From: Felis catus
Lineage: Eukaryota
Reading direction: 5' to 3'
Assembly (NCBI RefSeq): GCF_018350175.1
Contig: NC_058383.1
Coordinates: forward strand, 6,512,001 to 6,576,000
DNA length: 64,000 nucleotides
Shown: in pieces, positions 12,301 through 25,827 of the stretch
Numbering within the stretch: position 1 is the stretch's first letter
How the letters are laid out: each line of letters opens with the position of its first letter
Notes under the pieces: model-generated
What the model saw: only the letters and a program-made list of their open reading frames with translations
The model's database searches: none
What the model was told of the DNA's origin: nothing
Made by a program: the position numbers and the translations under genes

Positions 12301-13808
12301 TTCCTCACTTACAGTAGGAAGGTTCTTAGAGTTTTCTTTGAGGATCGAGTAACTTTATTTGCATTAATTGCCTAGACTAGTTCCTGGCCCAGAGTGTAGG
12401 CGCTCAGTAAATATTAGCTATTGCGACTGTCCTGGGCATTCTGTGCATACCTATCTTCCCTTCCTTTGCTACCCTTCTCTCCCCGCAGACTTGAGGACCA
12501 GAGAAGTGTCAGATTTATTTATGTTTCTGGCCCTGTCCGTGTGCTTGCTACACTGCTGGGAACATGGTAGGCATGGTAATAAATTGTGGCTTAGAATCTT
12601 TGATTGTAAAGCTATCTGTTGTCATACTGCAGCTCTAGAACGTGAAGGAAATGCTAACCTACTTTTATCTGCTTCGATGCATTGTCTAAATTAACTACGT
12701 TATCCTAGTTCCACTCCCCCCCCCCTCCTTTTTCAATCAGTTTCATCTCACCTTTTGGTTTCTGGTGGGTCCTGGGTTTTCAGGTATCTAAGAAAAAAGG
12801 AGAGGCTATCAGTCTGGAAGGTGTTTTTACCGTGCTAGGGGGTGGGTGTAACTGGCTGCTTCCTACTACAGAGTATTCAGAGAGCTCCCAAGGTTAATTC
12901 ATCTACTTATTATAATGAAAGGAGGGGAGTTATCTTGGAAAAATAAAACACTTGCTTGGAGGAAGAGTGGCAGTATTTGGATCTAGAATCCTGTGCTGAA
13001 ACAAATTCTCCATGGGGAAGTTTAAAATGATCGGCTGGTGAGGCTGGTGCCTGGCATTGAAACCTCATCTCTGAACCTTGTGGAGGGTGTGGTGATCTTT
13101 GTGGAGTACCTGGTATCGCCGGGTTGGGTAATGAGAGCAATTAGAAACTGGATGAATCACAGTGTTAAAAACTTGACTCTAAACCGGCAACTGAAATTTT
13201 CACTGTATAAGTACTTTCAGGCTTCAGGGCCAAGAATTCAAAATATATAGACATTTCCAAGTTCAGAGGATACTAACCAGTGTGTACTTCTCGAGGTGGA
13301 GAGAGCTAACTTAGTGAGCATCTATTTTGGACTAGGCTTTTTACTACACGTTTTCATATGTTATCTCATTTAATCCTCATACCAACAGCCTTGGGATGTC
13401 AGTGATAACGTCAATTTTACATATGAAGAAAAATTTAGATTTAGGGATGTTAAAGTGACCTGCCCACGGTCTCATAGCTAGTATGTGCCCAAGCCCAGGT
13501 TCAAACCCGGGTCCCCTTGGACCTGGCAACCAAACATTAGGATGACTTTGTACTCAAAGCGATAGGTAAAGAAAGGAGGTGTGTTGTAGGGGAGTGCCTG
13601 GAATTATGCTCTGAATTGTTATAAATCGTTGTTTCTCTCAGTGCTGTATAATAAAAGATTTTCAATAGAAGCATGTTAAATTTAACATCACCACCTTTTT
13701 TTGTTCTTAGGTTTTCAGATCTCACTTAAATATTAATAACAGTTTAGAATTAGAATCATCAGCCTATGACAGAAGGTGTCTTTATCTTGGTACAAAATTC
13801 AAGCTCTT

Positions 13809-16565
13809 GGGACACCTAGGTGGCTCAGTCGGTTGGGCGTCCGACTTCGGCTCAGGTCATGGTCTCGTGGTCCGTGAGTTCGAGCCCCTCATCGCGCTTT
13901 GGGCTGACAGCTCAGAGCCTGGAGCCTGTTTCGGATTCTGTGTCTCCCTCTTTCTCTGACCCTCCCCTGCTCATGCTCTGTCTCTCTCTGTCTCAAAAAT
14001 AAATAAATGTTAAAAAAAAAAAGTTTTTTTTTTTAAACAAAAAAACAAAATTCAAGCTATTATTCTCCTGCATTCACTAATTTTGATGAGTACAGACTGT
14101 TTACTGGGTGTCTTATAAATGTAACAAGAGTATTGTCTTACCCTACAGACTTAAATTACCCACATGATTATAACTGAAGTATGTCCAAATATGGAACTTG
14201 AATGATATGACAAATTTAGAAATGTGATTTTAGAAGTAATTATGTTGTTATGTAAATGTTTACCTCTTTTTGCTACTTTGCTTAAAAAACTGAGTTGAGG
14301 GGCACCTGGCTGGCTCAGTCAGTGCAGCATGCAACGCTTGATTTTGGGGTTTTAAGTTCGAGCCCCACGTTGGGTGAGTTGAAGAATGAGAAAGTCTTTG
14401 CAGCTGTTCTTTTTTTAACTATACATGAAATATGTGCTTTTAATGCATGTAGATATTCACATTGAACTATTATTTATAGGCCAATTTTGTTTAACAAATA
14501 AGCCTATAAAATATGCCCTTTGAACTAAATTGTTTTTAATTAAGGAGATATTTGTGACATGATATGTTATTGTGAGTAACTATGAGTTAAACCTGTGGTG
14601 ATGGGTAAGCATCTGATACCAGAATAGAGAGAGAGAATCATGCGGTGAGCATCTGGAAGTTTATGTTTTAAAAAACACATTAAGCAGCCTCATATGAATT
14701 CATCTAAAACATTTTTTTTTAATTTCCAGTTAGAGGCTTTTTCTTTATTTGTGATTTGCAGTTTGCTTTCTAGGACATGTAAGAGTAAAGTCAGTGACCT
14801 AAATATCTTCACTTTAGAATAGAAGGTGAAACACTGACATTTCTCGGCCAGTTCAAGATATCAGATGTTTTATTTAAGGGTGTGTTTAATCTGTTTTTGA
14901 CCTTTGGATTCCTTTACAACAATTAACAGACATTTTTTCTGCTTTCCACTGAGATTGATTTCTGCTTTGTCTGCTGAACTTTCATTGTTCACTTCCTAAC
15001 CTTCTGCTTTCCTTTCCATTCATTTCCTATTTGCATCAGAATTCTTACATTTTAGCCTCCACCCTAGGTGATCAGACTTGTACAGAAGTGTATTGCAACT
15101 TCAGAGTGTTGTGTGAGTGCTTCTTAGAAGTGATAAAGGGGAGAAGGATCTGGCTGCTTTAAAAAAAATTCTCTTTCAGATAATGGTTGCCTCTTTGGTG
15201 GATCTAGATTTGGGTGTCTATGAAGTAGAGAATTTTATTTGACTTTTAACTTAATGATGTGTCACACAGATTCCTGCTTTTCATTTTCAGTAAAAAAGCA
15301 GTGTGACAAATACCTGTGTAATACACCCTTTGTGTAGATTCACCAGTTGTTAACATTTTGCCACGTTTGCTCTTTATATATCTACTTGTTGTCCTGAGCC
15401 ATTGAAAGTAAATCACAGAAGACCTTGTGACACTTCATCCCCAAATACTTCATTCTTTATCTCCTAAGAGTTGGAACATGCTCCTAATGGCAGTTATCAT
15501 AGTTAAGAAATTGGAAATAACTGCATATTGTTATGTAACATAGAATAATATTCCTGTTTTCCTTATTGGACTAAATATGTCTTTTATGGCTGTTTTAAAA
15601 ATATAGATTACAGTCGGGGCACCTGAGTGGCTCAGTCGGTTAAGTGACGACTCTTGATTTTGGCTCAGGTCATGATCTCATGGTTCGTGAGTTCTAGCAC
15701 TGCCTGGAGCTCCTGCTGACAGTGCGGAGGGCTCCTGCTTGGGATTCACTGTCTCCCTCTCTCTCTGCGCCTTCCCCCCACGGTCTTTGTCTCTCTCAAA
15801 ATAAATAAATAAACTTAAATATGTATGTAGATTATAATCAAGTTTCATTTGTCGAGTTTGATTTTCATAGCTCTTTTAATCTAGAACAGCCTGCTTCACA
15901 CCCATTGCCTTTTATGAATAGTCCAGGCCAGTTGTTTTCTAGGATGGCACATATTCTGGTTTGAACTGTTTATTCTCCCTTTGTGCTACTTAACTAATTC
16001 CACTCCCCTGTATTTCCTGTAAACTGGAAAGTAGGTCTGGGTCTTGATTTGATTTAGAGTAAATATATTTGGCATAAATACTTGATAGGTAGGCTTGGCC
16101 ATATTAGCAGGTCTCCCCAGGATAGTCCTGTGACCTGTTGTCACAGCACTAATAAATAATACCCCTTTTTACTTTTGCTTTCTTGAAAGTATTCTGATCT
16201 AGATGATAAATTAAACGGTCACTATTTGTAAGTGGTGATGTGCACTTCACGTCACCTCCCTTCAGGAAGCCCATCACGTGAGATTGTTCCACTCTTTATG
16301 ATACTGCATTTGATCCCTTGGTTAAGATAGTGATTGCCAGATTTTTAAAAAAATTTTTTTCATGTTTTTATTTATTTTTGAAGGAGAGAGACACAGAGCA
16401 TGAACGGGGGAAGAGCAGATTGAAAGGGAGACATAAAATTTGAAGCAGGCTCCAGGCTCTAAGCTGTCAGCACAGAGCCTGATGCGGGGCTCGAACTCGC
16501 GAACTATGAGATTGTGACCTGAGCGGAAGTCGGATGCTTAACCGACTGAGCCACCCAGGAGCCCC
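13809..16565. mobile_element. CanSINEs in ARPC1A intron 1 (+ ~13809-14022, + ~14299-14375 truncated, + ~15616-15820, - ~16345-16565) among old L1 fragments
   Basis: SINEC heads and tails recognisable; boundaries approximate. Confidence 0.8.
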
Positions 16566-16929
16566 AATTACCAGATTTTTTTTATTGTTAAGGCATGTTT
16601 TTCTCTTAAAAATTAGTAAGTATTCTGTGGGATGATAATTTGAGACTGTGTGAATATCCTGTTCCCCAACAATTTTTAACTCGTGGTTTTAGAGGCCCTT
16701 GATGACCCTTGACAGAATAAAGTATACATTGGTGGTTACAGTATTTGTTGTATTTAAATGATTAAGTTTTGACGTTGAGATTCCTTCTTTTCTAATGGGA
16801 CAATAATGTTTTATTTATCCTCAAATATTTTGGGATCCCCCGACAACTGAAATATGTATTGCCTGCCATTTTAAATGCTTTTCTCTGTTGCTTATTTCAG
16901 CTTCCTATCCTTTGAAAACACTAAGAATA

Positions 16930-16993
16930 ATGTCCCTGCATCAGTTTTTACTAGAGCCAATCACCTGCCATGCCTGGAATAGGGATCGTACCC
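16930..16993 (+). CDS. ARPC1A: Arp2/3 complex subunit 1A (p41), coding part of exon 2 (exon starts 16901)
   Basis: ATG at 16930; MSLHQFLLEPITCHAWNRDRT+C; acceptor tttcag ends 16900; donor gtaagt at 16994. Confidence 0.97.
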
Positions 16994-17844
16994 GTAAGTA
17001 TGCTATTAACTTTACTCCTTTATTTTGGTGCCTTTAATATTTTTATATGTAGGCACTTTTTTAGGGATCACATATTTCGGTGTCACATGTGAAAAGGGCA
17101 TGACCATAGATTCAGAAGGAAACTAGGTCAGTCATTTGGTTTATATAGAGAGAAACTGAGGTCCAGAGTGTTGGAATGACTTTCCAGCGGTTAATGTCAG
17201 AGCCATTGGTAGCATCCAAGCCTTCTGGCTCCTTGTCCAGTACCAGCTGGAGGATGGTTTATATCTGAGGCCCTAAGAACCCAGTGTCTGAAATGGTTGT
17301 GTAATATCACCACACTCATCCAATATTTAGTCCAAATACTAGGACCTAAATAAAAGCTATTACAGAAACATATAGTGTACTCCTGATGTACTAAGAGTGG
17401 TATTAGCTAGTATTTACCATATTATTTGTAATAAACTTGAGTTTCTAGTTTTCTAGCTGTAACCAACTAGAAAGGGATGGAGAATCCTCTTAGAAGTAGG
17501 GACACTACAGCAAGCGAAGTGACAGTATGAAAGAGGCAAAAAAAAAAAAAAAACCCTAAAAACAGAGACAGAAGTAGTGTGCCCATGAATTTTTTTTTAA
17601 TTTATTTATTTATTTTGAGAGTGAGAGAGTGTGCGCACACACAAGCCAGGGAGGGGCAGAGAGAGAGGGAGACAAAATCCCAAGCAGGCCCTGCACCATC
17701 AGCACAGAGCCTGATGCGGGGCTTGAACCCACAAATTGTGAGATCATGACCTGAGTCGAGATCAAGAGTTGGGTGCTTAACCAACTGTGCCACCCAGACA
17801 CCCCTTCATGAGTTATTTTTAAATTAAGTTATATTCTGTAGCTA

Positions 17845-19630
17845 CTTTTTTTTAAATAAAGCTTTATTGACATGTAATTCATATTCATAAAATTCACCCT
17901 TTTTAAGGGATCAGGTCAGTGGTTTTTAGTACTGTATGCATAGAGTTATGCAATAATACCACTATCTAGTTTCACAGTATTTTCTATCACTCCAAAGAGA
18001 AACTCTATACCCATTAACAGTTACTCCCAGTTCTCCGCAAAACTTACAGTCTTAACAACTACTGATCTACTCTGTCTCCATAGATTTGCATATTCTGGAC
18101 GTTTTGTATGGGTGGAATCCTATAATATGAGGCTTTTTGCATGCAGCTTCTTTCACTGACCATAATGTTTTCAAGGTTTATCCATGTTGTACCAAGTAGG
18201 AGTACTTCATTCCTTTTTATGGCTGAATAATATTGTATAGACCTATAGTTTATTCATCAGTTGGTGGACATTTTAGTTGTTTCCACTTTTTCGCTATTTG
18301 AATAATGCTGCTATGAACATTCACTTACCAGTTTTTATGTGGACATGTTTTCTTTAAAACTTTTTTTTAATGTTTTCATTTTTGAGAGAGACAGTGAATG
18401 GGGGAGGGTCAGAGAGAGAGGGAGACACAGAATCTGAAGCAGGCTCCAGGCTCTGAGCTGACAGCACAGAGCCTGACGTAGGGCTCGACCCCACAAACTG
18501 CGAGATCATGACCTGAGCCAAAGTTGGACACTCAGCCAACCGAGCCACCCAGGTGCCCCTGTGGACTTATGTTTTCAATTCCCTTGAGGGTATACCTAGG
18601 AGCTGAATTTCTGGGTCGTATATGGTAACTGTGTTGAGCATTTTGGGAAGTTGCCAGACTGTTTTCCAAAGTGGCCACACCATTTTACACTCTCACTAGT
18701 AGATGAAGGTTCCAGTTTCTCTGCATCCTTGTCAATACTTGTTATTGTCTTGTCTTTTTCATTATGGCCCTGTTCCCATTATATCCTAGTAGGTATAAAG
18801 TAGTATCTTACTGTAGTTTAGATTTGCATTTCCCTGATGACCAATGATGTTGAGCATCTTTTCACATGCTATTGACTATTTATGTATCTTCTTTGGAGAA
18901 ATGTTCAGATCCTTTGACTGTTTTTCAAATTGGGTTATTGGCCTTTTTATTATTGAGTTGTAAGAGTTCTTTGTATACTCTTGATACAAGTCCCATATGA
19001 GATACTTTACAAATATCTCCCATTCTGTGGGTTGTCTTTTCTCTTTCTTGATTCCTTTGAAGCACCAAAGTTTTTAATTCTGAAAAAGTCCAAATTATCT
19101 CATTTTTCTTTGTTGCGTATACATTTGCTGTTGTATTTAAGAAACTAGTTAATTCAAAGTCACAAAAATGTATGTTTCCTTTTTAGAGTCATAGGTTTAG
19201 TTCTTATATTTACATCTTGCATTCATTTCGAGCTAATTTTTGTATAAGGCATGAAATAGGGGCCCAACTTCATCTTTTGCCTGTGGATATCCAGTTGTCC
19301 CAACGCCATTTGTTGAAGACTGTTCTCTCCCTGCTGATTTGTCTTGGTACCTTTGTCGATAATCAGTTGACTGTAAATGTGAAGGTTTTTTGGGCTCTCA
19401 GTTCTGTTTCATTGATCTTTATGTTTATCCTAATGTCAAGGACACTGTCTTGATTACTGTAGCTTTATAGTAAGTTTGGAAATTGGTAAGTGTGAGTTCC
19501 AACTTTGTACTTCTTTCTCAAGATTCTTTTCGCTCTTCTAGTCCCATGCATTTCTGTATGAATTTGAGGATCAGCTTATTAATTTCTGTAAAGAAGGCAG
19601 CTGAGATTTTGATAGGGACTACTTTCAATC
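17845..19630 (-). mobile_element. Antisense L1 (L1MB-like) 3' portion in ARPC1A intron 2, interrupted by a SINE at ~18355-18559
   Basis: Classic antisense L1 text (ttcattcctttttatggctgaataatatt; aataatgctgctatgaacatt; tttgcatttccctgatgaccaatgatgttgagcatcttttcacatgc; gtcttgattactgtagctttatagtaagt). Confidence 0.85.
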
Positions 19631-19824
19631 ACTCAAAATAAATAAATATTAAGAAAAAAATTAAAAAATATTTTTTTTTAATTCAATCTGTAACATGATA
19701 CGATGGTGAATCTAGAGCTTCTGGTTTGTGATCATCTCACAGATCTTTATAGCTGAGTTTCCTGTGTCTTCTGTCTCCCCTTTCCCATGTAAAAATGGGT
19801 TTTTGGAGTCTTTCCAGTTACTTT

Positions 19825-20282
19825 TATTTTTTTTTAAAGAGTTTTTTTTTAAGTTTATTTATTTTTGAGAGAGAGAAAGCACAAGTTGGGGAGGGGCAGA
19901 GACAGAGGAAAGAGTGAGAATCCCAGGCAGGCTCTGCACTGCCAGGGCAGAGCCTGATGCTGGGCTCGAACCCATGAACTGTGAGATCATCACCTGAGCT
20001 GAAGTCAAGACATTTAACCAACTGAGCCACCCAGGTGCCCCTCCAGTTATTTTTAATAGAAACTTATGATTGTCCTCAAGGCACCTGGGTGGCTCAGTCG
20101 GTTAAGCGTCCAACTCTTGATTTGGGCTCAGGTCGAGTTCAAGCCCCACACTGGGCTCTGTGCTGACAATGCAGAGCCTGCTTGTAATTCTTTCTCCTCC
20201 GCCTTTCTCTCTGCCCCTACCCCACTCGTTCTCTCTCTCTCTCCCTCCCTCTCTCTCTCTCAAAATGAACATTTAAAAAAAA
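19825..20282. mobile_element. Head-to-head CanSINE pair (- ~19825-20041; + ~20079-20282)
   Basis: ...ccacccaggtgcccc then ggcacctgggtggctcagtcgg, ~38 nt apart. Confidence 0.85.
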
Positions 20283-21099
20283 GAAAGTTATGATTGTCCT
20301 TATTTAAACTACTTGATAAACTTAAAGTCAGACTTTTCTTATTGTAGTTTGAAATTTGTAATGTTTTTCAGATTTAGATTTGACTTTTGAAATCCCTGTG
20401 AGCATCTTAGAAATTTAGAGAATACATGTAATTGGTTTCTAGAAGTACTTGAAGTCTTAGGATTTTAGAGCTAGGTATTTATCTGGTTCCACAGTTTCAT
20501 CTGTAAAACAGATACACCTTTCCTAAGGAGGGAAGGAAAGGTAATATAATAGAAGCAGGAACTAGTAAATAATTGATCTAAAGTTTGAGTCATAGATCCT
20601 AATTTTAATTTTGAGAAATTAGTGTTTTGGGTTTTTTTTTTTTAGTGAATAAACTAGAAAGGGGGAAAAAAATCAATATAAGTTCAAAAGTAATCTGTCA
20701 TAAATATTATATTCTTTATATTTCAGATTGGTCCAAGAGATTTCTCTTGAAAATAGAATTTTATTTTGTGATTCATATTGGCTTTATTGTAAAGGAAAGC
20801 TTTGATGTATTTTATGAGCAGAGTCAAGTTTTTTTGATAAACTGATGTTTCCAACCTGGGTTCATGGTAGCAGTGAGAACCTAGGAACCATTTTCAGTGT
20901 TTTGGAAATTCTAACAGAAAGTAAATATTTATTGCTAATAATGGTGGACAAGTGAACTAAAATGTCAAATATCTTTACTGTGGGCTAATATTATATCAGC
21001 CAAGTATGATAACATTGTTCTTACTGGTTAGAATCTTTACTTAACAGTTGTAGATATCTCTGATAAAATGAATTTTTAAATTTAGTTTTTCTACAAACA

Positions 21100-22065
21100 T
21101 TTTTTTTAATATTTATTTTTGAGGGAGAGAACACAAGTAGGGGAGGGGCAGAGAGAGAGGGAGACACAGAATCTGAAGCAGGCTCCAGGCTCTGAGCTGT
21201 CAGCACAGAGCCTGATGGGGGTGGGACTTGAACTCACCGTGAGATCATGACCTGAGCTGAAATCAGAGGCTTAACTGACTGAGCCACCCAGGCATTCCTC
21301 TACAGAACATTTTAAAATATGGGATCCAAGTAGAGGTAAAAATAATAAAAGGAATTTTTCAGGGGTGAATATTAGGAAACTTTTTTTTTTTTTTTTTTTT
21401 TTAGAGAGAGGGCGCAAGTGAGTGAGGGACCCCGGGGGTGGGGTGGGGTGGGGGGTTCGGAAGCAAGGCTTACCCAAAGCGGGGCTTGAGCTTACCCAAA
21501 GCAGAGCTGGCTTAGTTGGTGGATCATGTGACTTTTGATCTTGCAGTTGGGAGTTTGAGTCCTATGTTGGGTGTAGAGATTACTTAAAAAAAAAAAAAAA
21601 AAATCTTTAAAAAAAAAAAAAAGCCAAGTGTAACATACCTCTTTTTTGGTCACAATTTCAAGTTAACTCTTGACTTTTTTCCTCCAGAGATTGCTCTTAG
21701 CCCCAACAATCACGAAGTCCACATCTATAAGAAGAACGGGAGCCAGTGGGTGAAGGCTCATGAACTCAAGGAGCACAATGGACACATCACAGGTAAGGGA
21801 GACATCTGTGAGCTTAGTGTGAGACTTGCAAATTGAGTGCTTTTCCATTTAAATTTTTTTTTAATGTTTATTTAATTTTTGAGAGAGAGCAAGAGACAGA
21901 GTGCAAGCTGGGGAGGGGCAGAGTGGGAGACACAGAATCTGAAGCAGGTGCCAGGCTCTAAGCTGTCAGCACAGAGCCCAACATGGGGCTCAAACTGACA
22001 AACCCATGAGATCATGACCTGAGCCAAAGTCAGACGCTCAACCAACTGAGCCACCCAGGCATCTC
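21100..22065. mobile_element. CanSINEs flanking ARPC1A exon 3 (- ~21100-21298, short + ~21505-21622, - ~21853-22065)
   Basis: SINEC sequence; the downstream copy starts ~60 nt after the exon 3 donor. Confidence 0.8.
21688..21792 (+). CDS. ARPC1A: ARPC1A exon 3 (105 nt)
   Basis: (Q)[34 protein letters not shown](G); ctccag / gtaagg. Confidence 0.97.
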
Positions 22066-23520
22066 TAGTGCTTTTCCATTTAAATGAAGAGCCTGATAAA
22101 GTAAGTCTACCGTAGTATTTAAAGCTGTGCAACATTTATGGAATTTTCTTTAGAAAATTTGAGAAAACATCATAATAATGGTATCCGTTTTTAAGTGCTT
22201 CTTTTAGCCCAGCTGGTTCACAGCACTCTACTAGTGTTAGGGAAAACACTGATCCTTCTCTGAGGACTGAAGGGCTTAGATTAGGTGATGAAATGTGAAA
22301 GGAAAACTAGATGGCCCGTCAGCAGAAAACATAAGCCACACTGTGTCCCCAAGTGCTGAGGGACCGCAGTGTCTTCCAGAAGGTTTCTGTATGTTGTTTG
22401 TGGCGGGGAGGAAGACCTTCCAAAATACTGAAAAGGACAAAGAGCAACATAACACCCACATTGCCACCGCTTAGAATTAACAACTATGTCTCTTTTTTCC
22501 TGGGCCAGAAAACTGAGGAGACAAAGGTTTAATAATCAGGAGTGGCATTCAAGATAATGGTACAGTCCCCTTTCATCTGCCAGTCCTATCCTATTCCCAT
22601 TCCCCAGAAGCAGTCCGTAATTCGGTATGACATTGTCCCAGTTCATTTTTAATACTTTTACATACGTAGACACATATTTGTAAGCAATACAAATTTAGTA
22701 CTATTGGCTAGTATTTTCAATGCTACACAAATGGCATCAGGTTGCACGTCTCCTGCAGCTTGCTTTTGCATCTCACGTCGTTCCTGATCTCTGTGTTCAT
22801 CTAGTTTATTCCTTTTAACCGCTGTTTAACATTTCATACCTCATTTATTTACTCTTCTCTCCACTGAAGGACATTTAGGTTGTTTCCAGTTTTCCTTATA
22901 TTAAAGTGCTAAATCGAGCAGACCTGTGCAGATCTCTTTGTACACACGTGAATGTTTGTGGAAGACTCGTACATCCTCACCTTTGCTAGGCTGGTCATAG
23001 TGCCTTCACCCCCACAGCCCTATAGGGGAGTGCTTACTCTCCTGCATCCCACACATACTGGATACGGTCAGGCTGTCTGATGAGTGAAAGGGTGGTGTCT
23101 CTAGAAGCTACATTTCCCTGATTGATGGAAAGGTTGAGCATATTTTCAGAAGTTTGTTAGCCATCTGGGTTTACTTCTCATACTTTACCGTCCATTACTC
23201 CTGACCATTTTTTCATTGAGTTTTTATCTTTTTCTTGTGGGTTTGTAGAAGACTGAATCTTAAAGCATTGCCTCTGAGACAGATTCCTGGATGTACGTTA
23301 GTTTTCATCTTTGACAAAAACTATTGATGAATAGATGGCTAATGGTGGCAAGCAGGGCAGTGCAGAGTTTCATTAAGGAACTGTCAAATAAGGAAGGAAA
23401 AAGAGTAAGAGAGAAAAATGGAGAATTTCTATAATGGTTTTCAGAATTCAGTGAACCAAACTTGATGTCATATTTCAAGAGCATGAATTGCTTTGTTATG
23501 AAGTGATACCTGGCCATTTT

Positions 23521-23987
23521 TATTTATTTATTTTTTAAATACTTTTAATGTTTTGATTTATTATTTTTTTTATTTAAAAAAAATTTTTTTAATGTTTATT
23601 TATTTTTGAGACAGAGAGAGACACAGCATGAGCAGGGAAGGGGAAGAGAGAGAGGGAGACACAGAATGTGAAGCAGGCTCCAGGCTCTGAGCTGTCAGCA
23701 CAGAGCCCGACACGGGGTTCGAACTCACAAACTGTGAGATCATGACCTGAGCCGAAGTCGGACGCTTAACCGACTGAGCCACCCAGGCGCCCCAGTTTTG
23801 ATTTATTTTTGAGAGAGAGAGCATGAGTCAGGGAGGGCAGAGTGAGAGGGAGACACAGAATCCGAAGCAGACTCCAGGCTCCGACCTGTCAGCACAGAGC
23901 CCGACGTGGGGCTCAAACCCACAAACTGTGAGATCATGACCTGGGCCGAAGTCAGGTGCTTAACCGACTGAGCCACCCAGGCACCCC
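23521..23987 (-). mobile_element. Nested CanSINEs (one inserted in the tail of another)
   Basis: Two full bodies. Inner TSD GTTTTGATTTATT at 23550-23562 and 23795-23807; outer TSD at 23505-23520 and 23988-24003. Confidence 0.88.
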
Positions 23988-25419
23988 GATATCTGGCTAT
24001 TTTTAAAAGAACATACTCACTTACTGTTATGTTCAGAAACAACTCTTGTTCCTTGACCTTTACTCCTATAATTTTTTCTTTATCTATTTTCTGGCTGAGT
24101 TGATTCAACCTCTTGCTTTGAACACTTTGGTCAAGCACACCAAAACTTAATCTCCATAACCTTTCAATTACAAATTTCTCACTGAAGTCCTAGATTTTCC
24201 TTCTCCTCTCAATGACATTTACTTTTTAAGTGGGCAGCAAAACGACTGATAGTGATTTTTTTTTTTTTTCTAATCATGACCCTGGAATTTTGCCTCTAAT
24301 CTTCCAACATACTGACTGGCTTGAAGATACCCTCTCCCCAGAGAGAAACAGCGTGTTTTGACCTTCTGCACCCTTTATATTCGTTTCCCAGCAAAAACTC
24401 ATGACCATCCCTTCTTGCTTTTAAGTGATTTGTATATGGTGCTAGTGAGCAGCAGGGGCCAACTGACTGGACTACTGAACCAGCACAAAAGACATAATGT
24501 GTAATTTCTATTTTTGTTGCTGTTGCTTTCCCATGACCTTATTTCTATTAGGTTTGGCCTATTTTCTTTCTTTAAGTCCCTTTGCCAGTGGCATTATGGC
24601 CTAAAAATAAGAACATTCATACTTTAAATTGGAATGTGATCATTGGGAAGTACATTTAAGTGAGAAAGGGCTAAGGTGAAAGGCGAAGGAAATAGCCAAA
24701 AAAGTGAAATATTTAGTTATTTTCTTTTTCTCCCCCGCTTCTTTTGGAATCCTTTGAACTTGGGCCTGTTTTCATCCAAATGCTCAGATGACCTCTTTTT
24801 TTAGATCTTAAAAAACTGTTGTTGGAAAAATCTAAGTATAACTCTGTGGCAAGAGACCAGGGATCAAACATAGTTTCTCAGAAAGATAGTAACTACAGGA
24901 AAAAAAAAAAAAATCTCCTGAAGCTTTCTAGAAGGAAAAAGACCAGTCAGTACTACAGAGAAAAAGAATATGGTTAACATCAAAGCAGTACCAGAGTAGT
25001 GGAATTTGTTTCTTTGAGTTTTTTCTTTTTTAACGTTTATTTTTGAGAGTGCGTGCATGCGTTCTTGGGAGCAAGAGAGGGGCAGAGAAAAAGAGGGAGA
25101 GAGAGAATCCCAAGCAGATTTTGCCCTGTCAATACAGAGCCCAACATGGGGCTCCAACTCACAAAATGTGAGATCATGACCTGAGCTGAAATCAAGAGTT
25201 GGATGCTTAACTGACTGAGCCACCCAGGTGCCCCTGTTGATTCTTTTTTTTTTTTTCTTAAAGTACCTCATACTTAAGCACCTCAAGAGTTCTTATAAAA
25301 CATGAATGTGTTTAATTAGAGTGATGATCACATGGAATAAAGAGTGAAATTTTAGATTGTCAAATCATCACAAAATCCCTGAGTTTTCTCACTATAAGGC
25401 AGTATTCTGGATGTTAGAG

Positions 25420-25827
25420 GACGTATTTATTTTCTGTTGCTGTGTTACAAATACTACAAACGTAGCAGCTTAACCAAAACACATATATTATCTAATAGTT
25501 TTCGTGGGTCAAGAGTCTGGGCATGGTTTATCTGGGACCCCTGCTTAGGGTCTCACAAGTTGTAATCAAGGTGTCAGCCAAGGATGAGTTCTCATCAGAG
25601 CCTCGACCAGGGAAGGATCCACTTCCAAGCTCCTTCAGATTGTTGGTGGTAGAATTCATGTCCTTGCAGCTGTAAGATTCATGAGGGCTGCCACACCCTT
25701 ATGTAATCTTGTCCACAAATGTACATCGTATCACCTTTGTGGCATTCCATTGATTAGAAGCAAGTCACAGGTCCTGCACACACCTCGAGGGAGGGGACTT
25801 CCATAGGTCTGTGGTCTGCCCACCACA
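25420..25827. mobile_element. MLT1 (MaLR) LTR, flanked by CanSINEs (- ~25020-25234; + ~25891-26106)
   Basis: tgctgtgttacaaatactacaaacgtagcagcttaa...gggtctcacaag...aatcaaggtgtcagcc...ctgcccaccaca is MLT1-like. Confidence 0.65.
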
